This document shows, one piece after another, positions 1-10,818 of a stretch of 64,000 nucleotides of DNA; the stretch's first letter is position 1, and every line of letters starts with the position of its first letter. The notes beneath the pieces were generated by a model. That model was not told the DNA's origin. It searched no databases and saw only the letters and a program-made list of their open reading frames with translations. A program made the translations under genes and the position numbers. Origin of the DNA: Pirellulales bacterium (lineage in GTDB: Bacteria; Planctomycetota; Planctomycetia; Pirellulales; PALSA-1355); assembly GCA_963733035.1 (NCBI GenBank), contig CAVTBU010000007.1:32001-96000 (forward strand). Reading direction: 5' to 3'.

Positions 1-356
1 GGCGCCGGGACACTGCGGGGGGCGGTCAACTTGCGAGTCCTTGGTTCACTCGTCATGCGGACCCCATTCGTGAACTAGGTTTTTTACAGCGAAAAGGTGA
101 CTACCCATGAACCTGCACAATCTATACCGGACGTTTTTCACGCGCCTCGAGCATCTCAGCTTCCAACAGTTTGCGCTGCTCGTCGTGGTGATCGTGGTGT
201 TTGGATTCTATTGTTTGCGCGGCTTTGGCTCGCGCTCCAACTACTGACGTTCCGGTGGAGTACGATCTTCAGAAGTCACGCCCGCTGAGCCAAAAGGCCC
301 CCCTGGCGACCGCAAACAATAACGAGGCGTCCCCCGCGCCCACGAAGGACAAGCCG

Positions 357-1263
357 ATGGACTTCCCAAACATTCCGCTCCCGGTGGCACTGGCCATCAT
401 TGCTGCGCTCGGCTATATCGCCGGCCGACGTTCTCGCGTCCATGCCATTCACGAAGCCGACAAAGCCCGTCGCGAGCTGCGCCGCGCGAAGGTCGTGGCC
501 CGCGAACTCGAACAAATTGCCGAGGGCGTTCGCAAGCATCTGGCCACGCATCATCTGAGCGTGGCGAAGTTCAAGGACCGGGTTACCCAACTCAGCGCCC
601 ACGAACAGGAGACCGCCTGGCAGGAATTGTGTGGCGAGGCCGAGCAGATTCTCAAGCCCACGCTCCGGCTGGCCGAGCAGATCGCGCTGGCTTACGACGA
701 AATCCGCCAACAAACCAACCAACTCATGACCTTCAGCGAAGTGCGCACCGATCCGCTGACCAAGGTGAGCAACCGCCGTTGTCTCGACGAGACACTCAGC
801 TGGCTGTTTGCCATGCACCAGCGCTACGGCGACGCATTCTCCTTGGCCATCATTGATATCGACCATTTCAAGGAAGTAAACGACAAGAAGGGACACTTGC
901 AGGGCGACCGCACGCTGCAGGCCGTGGCCCGGCTACTCGACGAGACGGTGCGCGATACCGACGTGGTGGCACGCTACGGTGGTGAGGAGTTCGTCGTGGT
1001 GCTGGCGCATACGGATCTTGCGGACGCCTGCCGCTTTGCCGAGCGAGTGCGCCGGCTAATCGAGGAAAAGCTCGAACTGACGATCTCGGGTGGTGTGGCC
1101 GAGGCGCTCGATGGAGACAATGCCCAGAGCCTGCTCTCGCGCCGACTCGGCGCTCTACAGCGGCAAGGCCGCGGGGCGCAATCGCATTTTCCGTCACACG
1201 GGCGTCGAGATTGAACCGATCGTGGTCGATGCCGCCGACGTGGGCGAGCCGGTCGAAGCCTAA
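357..1263 (+). CDS. Membrane-anchored GGDEF diguanylate cyclase (frameshift near 1140, probably a sequencing error)
   Basis: N-terminal TM helix and coiled coil, then DPLT..NRR, IDIDHFKEVND, RDTD I-site and RYGGEEF. The C-terminus ADSALYSGKAAGRNRIF continues in another frame to TAA at 1261-1263. Confidence 0.9.
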
Positions 1264-1462
1264 ATCGCACAGGACATCGTCCCGCCGGAAAGCTGCACCT
1301 GGTTCTCCGTCTACAAACCGATCCGGATCTCTTGGTTGCCTATCGGTTCGATCAAAACGGCAGGACCGCACTTCACCGTTGCGACCACTTCAGGCGTAGC
1401 AGTTTGGGTAGTGGCCCCAGACTTCCTCGCGCGACTCGGTCCTAACGAGGCTAGAACATCCG

Positions 1463-1567
1463 ATGTGCGAACCTGTCCTTTCCTACATTTCGCTTGGCGT
1501 TAGCGAACTTGTGGTGATTGCCGCCGCCGTGACATTGATGCTGCTGGTGCTCGCCTTCAACCGTTGA
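1463..1567 (+). CDS. Putative 34-aa single-pass membrane peptide
   Basis: MCEPVLSYISLGVSELVVIAAAVTLMLLVLAFNR*, with GAGG upstream. Too short for the ORF track. Confidence 0.45.
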   Translation: MCEPVLSYISLGVSELVVIAAAVTLMLLVLAFNR

Positions 1568-1750
1568 ACCCCCCGCGGCGCTGGTTTCCATGACACCGGC
1601 CGACACCGAGATCGGTCGGGAATCGCTTGCGTTGACGAATCATGGGGCAATATTTAAGCTAGCCAGTGGCTCTTTGCGCAATTTGTCGGCTGCCCTTGCA
1701 TTGCTGGACGGGACTACCGACTTCACCACGAAGAAAGGGAGGGTATCGAC

Positions 1751-2074
1751 ATGCCGTTGTTCGAAGTCGAGACCGATTGCCACATCATCATCACCTGGGC
1801 CAATGACGAGGATGCCGCCACGGCGGTTGTCAATGAGGCGTATCCTAGCGATCGCGTCATCCGCCTCACGAAACGCCCCCGAGATACCTGGGTGATTTCC
1901 AAATCGGCCCTCGGAATTGCCAGTCCGACTGACGTCTGCTCGACCGCGCGCGACTGCCTGGCGAAGGCCTCGGGCGATAAAGTGCATGCCATCCGACTCT
2001 ACATGCACGAAACCGGCACCGATTTGGAGCGGGCCCGCAAAGTCATCGAATCGAACATGGTCATGGGTTGGTAA
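1751..2074 (+). CDS. Small hypothetical protein (107 aa), resembles a planctomycete-conserved family
   Basis: Strong RBS (aagggaggg), globular-looking composition, terminator downstream. Confidence 0.8.
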   Translation: MPLFEVETDCHIIITWANDEDAATAVVNEAYPSDRVIRLTKRPRDTWVISKSALGIASPTDVCSTARDCLAKASGDKVHAIRLYMHETGTDLERARKVIESNMVMGW

Positions 2075-2165
2075 CGAGACGTTCGTCACGGTTGATTCGC
2101 GGTCCGGGGCAGGCACAAGGCCGTGCCGGCCATCGGCCGCTGGTAAACCAACTTGAGACGCTCTG

Positions 2166-2221
2166 AAACAAGCCCCGCCAGGCGCGCCGTAAGGCGCACC
2201 CGGCGGGGTTTGCTTGTTTTT
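2166..2221 (+). terminator. Rho-independent terminator
   Basis: agccccgcc...ggcggggtt stem, inner gcgcc-GTAA-ggcgc GNRA hairpin, followed by a T-rich tail. Confidence 0.75.
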
Positions 2222-2474
2222 GGTCCGTCAAATCAGCGCTTTGCACCGCCTGGATTGTGGCTCTCGCCGCACCGGCTGGGGTTACCAAAGGCCGCATAAC
2301 CCGCATCACATGCGCGGCCAAGATGGACTGTTCCGGTCTTGTTGTGCCGGCGGTCCTTTGGTTCCGGCGTCTATTGTCATGCTCCGACCTAAGTTTTTGA
2401 AGAGCAAGCGAGCCGGGTGAGCGCTCGGCTGCCGTGGACGTCGGTCAAGCCGCACCGCGCGGGGATAACGGGAT

Positions 2475-3110
2475 ATGCAATTTTGGAAGCGATACATGCC
2501 GGCGCAAGGGCGCCTGTTCTGGAGTATCGTCGCCGTGACGTGGGCGGTCGGCATTGCCAGCGGCATGTTGTTATTGGCGTGGCACGACAGTTCACCTGGC
2601 GCGGTTCAGCACGCCCCCGAAGTCTGGCCGGCCGATAGCCGAATTTCGTTGAGCGCCGAGGTCCCGACGCTCCTCATGTTCGCCCATCCGCGCTGCCCTT
2701 GCACGCGGGCGAGCCTCGGCGAACTGGAGGAGATCGTCGCGCGATGGGGTGATGCCGCGAGCTACTGGGTAATTTTCTACAAGCCGCATTCGGCCGACGA
2801 TCGTTGGGCGACGACGGACTTATACGACACGGCCGCTCGAATACCGGGCGTCCAGGTGATGCTCGACGTCGATGGCCGCGAGGCGCAACGGTTCGACGCC
2901 CTCACGTCGGGGCAGACGCTCCTCTACAACCCGCGCGGCGAATTGTGCTTTGCTGGCGGGATCACCTTTGCCAGGGGGCATGCCGGCGACAGTGACGGGC
3001 GGTCGTCGATCGAATCGATCCTGGCGCGAAAAGGCCCGGCGACATCCGAAACGCCCACGTACGGTTGTCCCATTTTGCTGCCCGGCGCGCGCGACCAACG
3101 GGAAAACTAG
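2475..3110 (+). CDS. RedB-like thioredoxin-fold membrane-anchored protein
   Basis: N-terminal TM, LLMFAHPRCPCTRAS motif, C-terminal YGC; stop lies 3 nt before the sensor kinase. Confidence 0.75.
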   Translation: MQFWKRYMPAQGRLFWSIVAVTWAVGIASGMLLLAWHDSSPGAVQHAPEVWPADSRISLSAEVPTLLMFAHPRCPCTRASLGELEEIVARWGDAASYWVIFYKPHSADDRWATTDLYDTAARIPGVQVMLDVDGREAQRFDALTSGQTLLYNPRGELCFAGGITFARGHAGDSDGRSSIESILARKGPATSETPTYGCPILLPGARDQREN

Positions 3111-3113
3111 AAC

Positions 3114-5909
3114 ATGCCAATCGAAGTACGAAGTGATTCTGTCGAATCGATCGTCCATGCTCGGGCGGACGAGTTGCTAAATCAACATCAACAACAGCTG
3201 TACGTCCGCACGGACCGCATGCTGGCGATTCTGCTCGCCTTCGAGTGGGTGGTGGGCATCTTGGCGGCGCTTTGGATTTCGCCCCGCGCTTGGAGCGGCG
3301 GCACCAGCGAGGTGCATCCACACGTGTGGGCAGCGATCGTGCTGGCCGGTCTGGTCGACAGCCTGCCGATTGCCTTGGCCGTGTTGCGGCCTGGTAAAAC
3401 GTTGACGCGGCACGCGATTGCCGTCGCGCAGGTTTCGACGTCGGCGATCCTGATACATCTTACCGGCGGACGCATCGAAACCCACTTCCACGTTTTCGGG
3501 TCGCTGGCTTTTCTGGCAATGTATCGAGACTGGCGTGTCCTAATCACGGCGTCCACCATCGTGGCCATTGATCATTTCTGGCGGGGCATGTTTTGGCCAC
3601 AGTCCGTATTTGGCGTGTTGACTCCGGTATGGTGGCGGTGGATGGAACACGCTGGTTGGGTGGTTTTCGAGGACGTGATCCTTATCCGCGCCTGCGTGCT
3701 GGGAACGCGAGACCTGCAGGAAATTGCCTGGAACACGGCGCAGCTCGAGTCGACCAATGCGCGAATTGAGTCTCGCGTCGTTGAGCGGACGAAACAACTC
3801 CGCGCCAGCGAAGCAGAACTGCGCCAGGCCAAAAACGCGGCCGAACAGGGCAGCCGTGCCAAAGGCGAATTTCTGGCAAATATGAGTCACGAAATTCGCA
3901 CGCCCATGAACGGAATCGTCGGCATGACTGAACTGGCGCTGGGCACGAATCTGAACCCGACGCAACGGGAGTACTTGGAGACCGTCAAGTCGTGCTCGGA
4001 TGCCTTGCTCACGCTGATCAACGACATTCTCGATTTCTCGAAGATCGAAGCCGGCAAGTTTACACTCGAGTCGATCCCGTTCGACCTTCGCGACGCGGTT
4101 GGCGACACGCTGCGGGCATTCGGGTTGCAAGCGCACCAAAAGGGAATTGAACTGGCTTGCCGCGTCTCGGAGCGCGTTCCCCCGCAGGTCATCGGCGATC
4201 CGGGAAGACTGCGGCAAATTCTGGTCAATCTTCTGGGTAATGCCCTGAAGTTCACCGATCACGGCGAGATCGTCGTCGACGTGGACGTCCGGTCCGCCAC
4301 GCCCGACGCCGTCAAATTGGCCATCGCCGTGAAGGACACCGGGATCGGGGTTCCGGCTGACAAACAGCAAGCGATTTTCCGGGCGTTCGAGCAGGCCGAT
4401 CAATCAACCACGCGCGTCTTCGGCGGCACGGGGCTTGGGTTGGCGATCGTGTCGCGACTGGTGACGATGATGGGTGGTGAAATCAGCGTCGAAAGTCAAG
4501 AAGGCGCGGGCAGCACATTTCTCTTCACGGTGAACCTGGGACTGTCCAGCGTCGCGGCACATCCGGCTCGCAGGGTTCCGGCTTGTTGGGAGGGAGTCCG
4601 CGTGTTGATTGTGGACGACAATGCCACGAATCGCTCGATCCTGAGTGAAGTCCTGTCCCATTGGGGTTTCCAGACGGAGCAGGCTGATGGCGGAATCCGC
4701 GCGCTACAACTTTTGCACGAGGCGGCGAGCCAGGCAGCGCCGTTCGAGATTGTGCTGCTCGACGCGCAGATGCCCCAGCTGGACGGTTTCACGGTGGCCG
4801 AGCGTATCCTCGCCGAACCCGCGATAGCCGGTGCGACGCTCCTCATGCTGTCGTCATCGGCCTCGGAAGAAGACGCACAGCGCTGTCGTGCCCTCGGCAT
4901 CGTCGCTTGTCTCAACAAACCCATCAAACAGTCGGACTTGTTCAATACGCTCATGACGAACGCGATGGCGAACCCGGACGGTAGCCTCGCGACCGCTGCG
5001 CTGCCCGAGGACGATACCAGCGCAAGCGAACCCATCTCGGCCCGCGGTCGATCGTTGACCATCCTGTTGGCCGAAGACAATCCAGTCAACCAACGCGTGG
5101 CGCAGGAAATCCTGGTGAAGCGCGACCATGCCGTCGTGGCCGTCAACAACGGCTTCGAAGCCGTGCGGGCCGTGGCGACTCAGCACTTCGACGTCATCTT
5201 GATGGACGTTCAAATGCCGGTGATGGATGGCCTGGAGGCGACGGCGGAAGTCCGCCGCCTGGAAGCCTCGCTCGGCCGCCACACGCCCATCATCGCCATG
5301 ACAGCGCACGCGAGAAAGGAAGACCGCCAAAGTTGTTTGGAGGCGGGCATGGACGGCTACGTGTCCAAGCCGGTTAAACCGCATGATTTGCTGGCCGCGA
5401 TTGACGCCGCCGTGGCAAGCGACACCGAAAAGCCCGTTGTCACGGAGGTGCCTCGCGCAGGCGTCGGCCGCGATTTGCCCCCGCACCGCCCGGAACCTTT
5501 TGAGACGGATCGACCGGCTGAGCCGGGCACTAGCGTGGAGCACGACGCCAGTTTGACGTTGGACGACGCCATCGACATCGATTCGCTCTTGATCCGCGTG
5601 GATAACGATTGGGATCTATTGGCGGAGATCTTCGGGCTATTCATGGAGAGTTCACCGGCCTTATTGAAGGAGATCGATGCTGGCATCGCGCGCGGCGACG
5701 CAACAACCGTCGAACGGGCCACGCACGCTATCAAAGGCGCTATGCAGAATCTGGGAGCGGTTCGTGCGGCACGGGCCGCAGCCATTTTGGAAACTCAAGG
5801 ACGAGCTGGCGAATTGACGCTGGCGGAACAATCCTTCGCGCAGTTGCGCGATGAATACAACCGAATGGTGGAAGCCCTGTCCGATTATTGTCGCGGAGCA
5901 CGAACATGA
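3114..5909 (+). CDS. Hybrid sensor histidine kinase (His-rich multi-TM sensor, HisKA-HATPase, 2x REC, HPt)
   Basis: H-box [33 protein letters not shown]; two receiver domains (LLDAQMP, LMDVQMP); HPt ATHAIKGA. Confidence 0.95.
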   Translation: MPIEVRSDSVESIVHARADELLNQHQQQLYVRTDRMLAILLAFEWVVGILAALWISPRAWSGGTSEVHPHVWAAIVLAGLVDSLPIALAVLRPGKTLTRHAIAVAQVSTSAILIHLTGGRIETHFHVFGSLAFLAMYRDWRVLITASTIVAIDHFWRGMFWPQSVFGVLTPVWWRWMEHAGWVVFEDVILIRACVLGTRDLQEIAWNTAQLESTNARIESRVVERTKQLRASEAELRQAKNAAEQGSRAKGEFLANMSHEIRTPMNGIVGMTELALGTNLNPTQREYLETVKSCSDALLTLINDILDFSKIEAGKFTLESIPFDLRDAVGDTLRAFGLQAHQKGIELACRVSERVPPQVIGDPGRLRQILVNLLGNALKFTDHGEIVVDVDVRSATPDAVKLAIAVKDTGIGVPADKQQAIFRAFEQADQSTTRVFGGTGLGLAIVSRLVTMMGGEISVESQEGAGSTFLFTVNLGLSSVAAHPARRVPACWEGVRVLIVDDNATNRSILSEVLSHWGFQTEQADGGIRALQLLHEAASQAAPFEIVLLDAQMPQLDGFTVAERILAEPAIAGATLLMLSSSASEEDAQRCRALGIVACLNKPIKQSDLFNTLMTNAMANPDGSLATAALPEDDTSASEPISARGRSLTILLAEDNPVNQRVAQEILVKRDHAVVAVNNGFEAVRAVATQHFDVILMDVQMPVMDGLEATAEVRRLEASLGRHTPIIAMTAHARKEDRQSCLEAGMDGYVSKPVKPHDLLAAIDAAVASDTEKPVVTEVPRAGVGRDLPPHRPEPFETDRPAEPGTSVEHDASLTLDDAIDIDSLLIRVDNDWDLLAEIFGLFMESSPALLKEIDAGIARGDATTVERATHAIKGAMQNLGAVRAARAAAILETQGRAGELTLAEQSFAQLRDEYNRMVEALSDYCRGART

Positions 5910-6829
5910 AGGTATTGATTGCCGACGACGAACTGACCTCGCGGCGACTGCTGGAGGCATCTTTGGCGCGTTGGGGTTACGATGTCGTGACCGCGGCCGA
6001 CGGCCATGAAGCCGCGCGCGTGCTGCTTTCGCCGGACGCGCCAAAGATGGCCGTGCTCGATTGGCTGATGCCGGGCATTGATGGCGCAACTCTGTCGAGA
6101 AATCCGCCGAAACAAGGCCGAACCGTATACGTATATTTTGCTGCTGACGGGCGCAGAGACCAGGTCGACGTCATTCAGGGGCTCGAAGCGGGCGCCGACG
6201 ACTACGTACGCAAGCCGTTCGATCCGGCTGAACTCAAGGTCCGCTTGCGGACGGGCAAGCGGATCCTGTATTTGCAGGATCAACTCATTGCCGCCCGCGA
6301 AGCGCTGCGCGATCGAGCGACGCGAGACCAGCTCACGGGCCTGTGGAACCGCGCGACGATTCTCGATCTCCTGAACAACGAGCTGCAGCGGACCCGACGC
6401 GAGGGGGCCTCCCTCGGCGTGTTGCTCGCCGATCTGGATCATTTCAAGCAGGTTAACGACACCTTCGGGCATCAAACGGGCGACGAGGTCTTGAGGGCCG
6501 TATCGCAAGCGATGGGCAAAGTGACTCGCCGCTATGATTCCATCGGCCGCTACGGCGGCGAAGAGTTCTTGATCGTGCTGCCTGGCTGCGATGAAACGAA
6601 CGCGATCAGCCACGCCGAGCGCTTGCGAGCCGCCGTGGAGAGAGTCACGGTCGCTCGACCCGAGCCCATTCGCCCAAGCATCAGTTTGGGCGTGGCAGTG
6701 TTTGGCAAAGACTGTCCGTGGGATGCGATTGACCTCATCGAGTCTGCCGACTCCGCCTTGTACCGCGCCAAGCGGTCGGGGCGCAACCGAGTTGAGCTGC
6801 AGGATGCAAATCTGCTCGGAACGCCCTGA
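5906..6829 (+). CDS. Response regulator diguanylate cyclase (REC-GGDEF)
   Basis: ATGA overlap with the kinase stop; [22 protein letters not shown]-site and RYGGEEF. Two compensating indels near 6085 and 6152. Confidence 0.93.
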   Translation: MKVLIADDELTSRRLLEASLARWGYDVVTAADGHEAARVLLSPDAPKMAVLDWLMPGIDGATLSRNPPKQGRTVYVYFAADGRRDQVDVIQGLEAGADDYVRKPFDPAELKVRLRTGKRILYLQDQLIAAREALRDRATRDQLTGLWNRATILDLLNNELQRTRREGASLGVLLADLDHFKQVNDTFGHQTGDEVLRAVSQAMGKVTRRYDSIGRYGGEEFLIVLPGCDETNAISHAERLRAAVERVTVARPEPIRPSISLGVAVFGKDCPWDAIDLIESADSALYRAKRSGRNRVELQDANLLGTP

Positions 6830-7277
6830 CGGCCGTTCCGACTTGCCGGGTAAGTGTCGCGCATCAGGGCGTTGTTCGACGTTCGGGCGAATCGCCAACG
6901 ACGGACGAAATGCGCGATCGCCGCTTGCATTCCGGAAGCTGCCGCCGATCGGGCCAGGCTAACCAGGCCGAACGCGGGCAAGAGCCAGGGCAGACCTCGT
7001 GTGGCGGCGAACAACGAAGTGCAATTGTCACAGCGCAGGGCGCCACTCCGGGGCGACGATCGAGATCCCGGGCTATCGACGGACCACGTGACGCGGCACA
7101 CCGACGACGATGCTTCAGCCCGGTATACCTCGAAAGAGGGGGCGATTTTTTCCCGTGGTGCGACCGATATGCACCGGTCGAAAAGGGACTCTAGGCAATA
7201 CCATTGCTCCGCGCACTGGGCTTTCGTGGCCCGTCGGCGTCGTCGATCCTTAAACAGACCAACACAACTCGATCAAG

Positions 7278-7436
7278 ATGTTCACTGCCGTCACCTTTTG
7301 CCTGCTCGGAGCTTTTCTTGTCGTGATGTTAGTCTGGATGGTGCTGGATAGAGCGATGCAGGAACGGGAAATCAGGAAAAGCATTAACAAACTGCACCAG
7401 ACGAAGGCGGCGCGGCGAGAGCAAATGAAATCGTAA
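7278..7436 (+). CDS. Putative 52-aa single-pass membrane protein
   Basis: MFTAVTFCLLGAFLVVMLVWMVLDRAMQEREIRKSINKLHQTKAARREQMKS*: a TM helix plus a basic helical tail. Confidence 0.55.
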   Translation: MFTAVTFCLLGAFLVVMLVWMVLDRAMQEREIRKSINKLHQTKAARREQMKS

Positions 7437-7681
7437 TGACCCCGCCGTGCGTTTGCTTCGGAAGGTCGTCGAAATCGCCCAGCATCGAACGCGGGTACCG
7501 CATTGCGCGAGTCCGGAGTTTTCGCGCCGCCGTGTCGTAGCGGTTCATTACGCTGGCCCCCCTTTTTGGCAAGCGGCCTTCTCTTCTGCCTCTGCGTTGT
7601 ACGTTGCTTTCGGTGAGGCGGCGAAGAAAAGTGCGTCGCTTCGTTTCCGGGCATCACTGCGCGCGCGAGATCGATGCGCCT

Positions 7682-9355
7682 TTAGCCCCGCGTGCGGCCG
7701 AAGCAGGCCAGACACATGTCGTCGCTTTGCGGGCGTCCGCCGACGAAGAGCTTGACGTCGTCCAAGATCAGGCGGCCCAGGTCGTCGACTGATGCGGTGG
7801 GCTGGGCAAGCTTGGTGCGCAGGCGCTCGAGGCCGTACAGCTCGCTGTCGGCGTTCATCGCTTCGCTGATGCCGTCGGTGAACAGTGCCAGGAAGTCGCC
7901 TTTGTTGAAGCTGCAGCTGTATTGCTCGTATTGATAGTCGGGGTCGACGCCCAGCGGCAGGCCGGCTTGCTCGTCGCCAATTTCCTCGACGTCGCCCCGG
8001 GCGTGCCGCAGCAGTGGTGCCATGTGCCCCGCGTTCACGATGGTCAACTCGTTCGACATGCCGTCGAGCACGGCCAGCACGAACGTGACGAATCGATCTT
8101 GCCAGCCGCTACGGCTGAAGCTGGAGTTGATGCGGCTGACCGCTCCGGCCGCGGTCGGCTCGCTGGCCAGGCAATAGCGCACCTCGCCAGAAAGTTTGGC
8201 CATCAGCAGCGCGGCCGAGACACCCTTGCCAGAGACATCGCCCAGCACGACGGCCAGACGATGGTTCGACAACTCGACGTAGTCGTAGTAGTCGCCGCCG
8301 ACCTGGTTGGCCGGCTCATAGAAATCGAAGAAGTGGTAGCCCGGCAGTTGGGGCGGAGCGGCCGGTAGCAGGCCGCGTTGCACCTTGTGGGCGAGTTCCA
8401 GGTCGCGCTGGACGGCTTGTTGTTTGAGCGTGGTTTCGTGCAGTTGGGCGTTGTCGACGGCGATGGCCGCTTGCGAGGCGATGCTCGCCAGCACGTCGAG
8501 GTCGTCCTTCTGAAAGCGGTGCCGGCTATCCATGGCGTCGATTTGAATCACGCCCAGGGATTGTCCGTCGTTGTTGACCAGGGGCGCGCACATCATCGAG
8601 CGGATCCGCAAATCGGCAATGCTCTGGCTCGTATCGAACCGCGCGTCACTGGCGGCGTCCGCCGAGAGCACGGCCTCCTGGGATTTCATCACCTGATTGA
8701 CGATTGTCCGGCTGACGCGAATCTGATCTTCGTTGTCGGCGCGGCGATGCTTGACCGCCTTGGGCACCAGCACTCCCTCGGGTGTCGAACGAAGGATCAC
8801 GAAGCCGCGGTCGGCCTGCAGGAAGATTTTGAACACGCTATCGAGCAGCTTGGCGAGCACTTCGTCGAGGCTCACCGCCTTGCCCAGGTTTTGCGCGATT
8901 TCGATCATCGCCCGCAGCTTGACCTCGGGATTGACTTGCAGCCGGACGCCCGAATTGCTAGTCGAGACATCGAGCTTGGACATGATGGACGAGTTGGGAG
9001 AAATCCCTTCGTCGTCCAACAATGCCAGCGAAGCGGTTTCGGTGACCGGAATGCGATCGCTGGGCTGATCGGTGTAGAACGTGAACGAGAGATCGCAAAT
9101 CTTCAGGCGGTCGCCGTCCTGCAGCAGCTTGCGGCCGGCAATCAACTGGCCATTGACGAACGTACCATTGCGGCTATGCAGGTCTTCGACGTAAAAATCG
9201 CCGCCCTCGCGAATGATCTGGGCATGCTGGCGGCTGACGCTGGCACTTTCGAGCACCAGGTCGCAATCGGGATGCCGGCCCATGACGTTCCGTTCGCCGA
9301 GAAGCGGCAATTGGTCAGTGGCGCCGGAGGCGTTGACAGTCTGCAAAATGGCCAT
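7682..9355 (-). CDS. FHA-GAF-PP2C (SpoIIE/RsbU-type) phosphatase
   Basis: FHA (GRHPDCD, SRQHA, SRNGTFVNG), GAF (RSMMCAPL), PP2C (VGGDYYD, GDVSGKG, FTDG, SDD). Confidence 0.93.
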   Translation of the reverse strand: MAILQTVNASGATDQLPLLGERNVMGRHPDCDLVLESASVSRQHAQIIREGGDFYVEDLHSRNGTFVNGQLIAGRKLLQDGDRLKICDLSFTFYTDQPSDRIPVTETASLALLDDEGISPNSSIMSKLDVSTSNSGVRLQVNPEVKLRAMIEIAQNLGKAVSLDEVLAKLLDSVFKIFLQADRGFVILRSTPEGVLVPKAVKHRRADNEDQIRVSRTIVNQVMKSQEAVLSADAASDARFDTSQSIADLRIRSMMCAPLVNNDGQSLGVIQIDAMDSRHRFQKDDLDVLASIASQAAIAVDNAQLHETTLKQQAVQRDLELAHKVQRGLLPAAPPQLPGYHFFDFYEPANQVGGDYYDYVELSNHRLAVVLGDVSGKGVSAALLMAKLSGEVRYCLASEPTAAGAVSRINSSFSRSGWQDRFVTFVLAVLDGMSNELTIVNAGHMAPLLRHARGDVEEIGDEQAGLPLGVDPDYQYEQYSCSFNKGDFLALFTDGISEAMNADSELYGLERLRTKLAQPTASVDDLGRLILDDVKLFVGGRPQSDDMCLACFGRTRG

Positions 9356-9612
9356 CGAAAGGCTCGTTCGCAACGGGTTCCGCGGGGTGCCGCGCTCGGG
9401 AGGCCGCGCGCACATGTTCGGTTCTGGTCCGCCTGTCAGAGTCGTGCAGGCCGGATGCCGCAAGCAGCAGGAAACGCCCTTGGCGGCACAATCCAGCGGC
9501 CGAGGCCTATCATAATGTAAACCCGCGGCTCGCACTATGGGCCGCCCGGCGCATCAAAGTGGACGAAAACGACATTGACGTCCCGGGGGCAACTACCTAC
9601 GCTTTGCCCCCC

Positions 9613-10818
9613 ATGCATCGTCCTATCCTTACGATTCTGTATATTGCGCTCGCATCCTGCGCGGTCGCGCCGGTCGCTGGCGAAGAACCATCGCTCGCTC
9701 CCAGCGAGGGCGTGGTGCTGCTTGCCAATGGCGAGCTGATTGCGGGCAAGATCATTCCGGCCGGCGATCACTACGACGTCCATTTGGCGTCCGGCGAGAT
9801 CTGCTTGCGTCGCTCGGATGTCGCCCTGGTTTGCCGCAACGCCCAGGAGTGCTATCGCCACAAACGCGACGACATCGAGCTGGGCCGCACGAGCGACCAC
9901 CTCGATCTGGCCGAATGGTGCATTCGCAACGGGCTATTGACCGAGGCCGAGCGCGAGCTGGCCGACGCCCAACGCGCCGATCCGATGCATCCTCGTCTGC
10001 GGCTGATCGGCTCGCGACTTGAGCTGGCCAGGCAGCCGCCACCGAGTGAACCGGCGCACGCCACGGAGCAATTGGTGTCGCACTCGCCGCTCGACAGCCT
10101 GGCCCGCAATATGCCGGCTGGTACGATGGAGATGTTCACCAACACGATTCAACCGCTGCTGCTCAACTACTGTTCGAAGAGCGGCTGTCACTCCAGCCGG
10201 CAGGACGGCGGGCTGAAGCTGGAACGCGTTCACCCGCGATTTTCGGGCCGCACGACCACGCAGCGAAATCTGAAACAAGTGCTTGCCCTGATCGACCGCG
10301 AGAATCCGCCGGCGAGCAAGCTGCTGCAAGTGCCCATTCGTCCGCACGGCACAGTGGGCGTGCCGATCTTCACCGATCGCCAACACGGCCAATATCGCCA
10401 GCTTGTGGAATGGGTCTATTCGATTGCCGGCGCGCGATTGCCGACAGAACCGCCCACGCTCGCCGAGCGCACGGCGCCGCTCTTGCAGTCGATACCCGGC
10501 GCAAGCGGCCAGGTGGCGGTCGAACCAGCGGGTGCGGCCACCGCGGCCCCAGCGGAATTGTTGCCCGTGGACTTCGAAGCCGAGTTGCCGACCCCCGCCG
10601 AGCCGACTCAAGCAGGCGACTTGCCGCCGGCCTCGTCGGCCGATCAGGCCTTCACTCCCGAGCAGCTGCGTTCGATGGGCATCGATCCGTTTGCTCCCGG
10701 CCCAAGCTTCAATGCGGGGTTATCACCCGTGCAGCGAGGCGCAAAACCTGCCGCGGGCTTCACGCCAAAGGATGAGTTCGATCCGGAAATCTTCAACCGG
10801 CGATACTTCTCGAAGTAG
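9613..10818 (+). CDS. Secreted hypothetical protein with a Cx4CH motif
   Basis: Signal peptide, helical LDLAEWCIRNGL segment, YCSKSGCH, Pro/Ala-rich tail ending DEFDPEIFNRRYF. Confidence 0.75.
   Translation: MHRPILTILYIALASCAVAPVAGEEPSLAPSEGVVLLANGELIAGKIIPAGDHYDVHLASGEICLRRSDVALVCRNAQECYRHKRDDIELGRTSDHLDLAEWCIRNGLLTEAERELADAQRADPMHPRLRLIGSRLELARQPPPSEPAHATEQLVSHSPLDSLARNMPAGTMEMFTNTIQPLLLNYCSKSGCHSSRQDGGLKLERVHPRFSGRTTTQRNLKQVLALIDRENPPASKLLQVPIRPHGTVGVPIFTDRQHGQYRQLVEWVYSIAGARLPTEPPTLAERTAPLLQSIPGASGQVAVEPAGAATAAPAELLPVDFEAELPTPAEPTQAGDLPPASSADQAFTPEQLRSMGIDPFAPGPSFNAGLSPVQRGAKPAAGFTPKDEFDPEIFNRRYFSK

Noticed and set aside
7122..7150. c-di-GMP-I riboswitch (GG..A-CCTC-GAAA-GAGG-GGGCG) near a diguanylate cyclase
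   Set aside because: Lacks the following CAAAG linker and a recognisable second stem with tetraloop receptor
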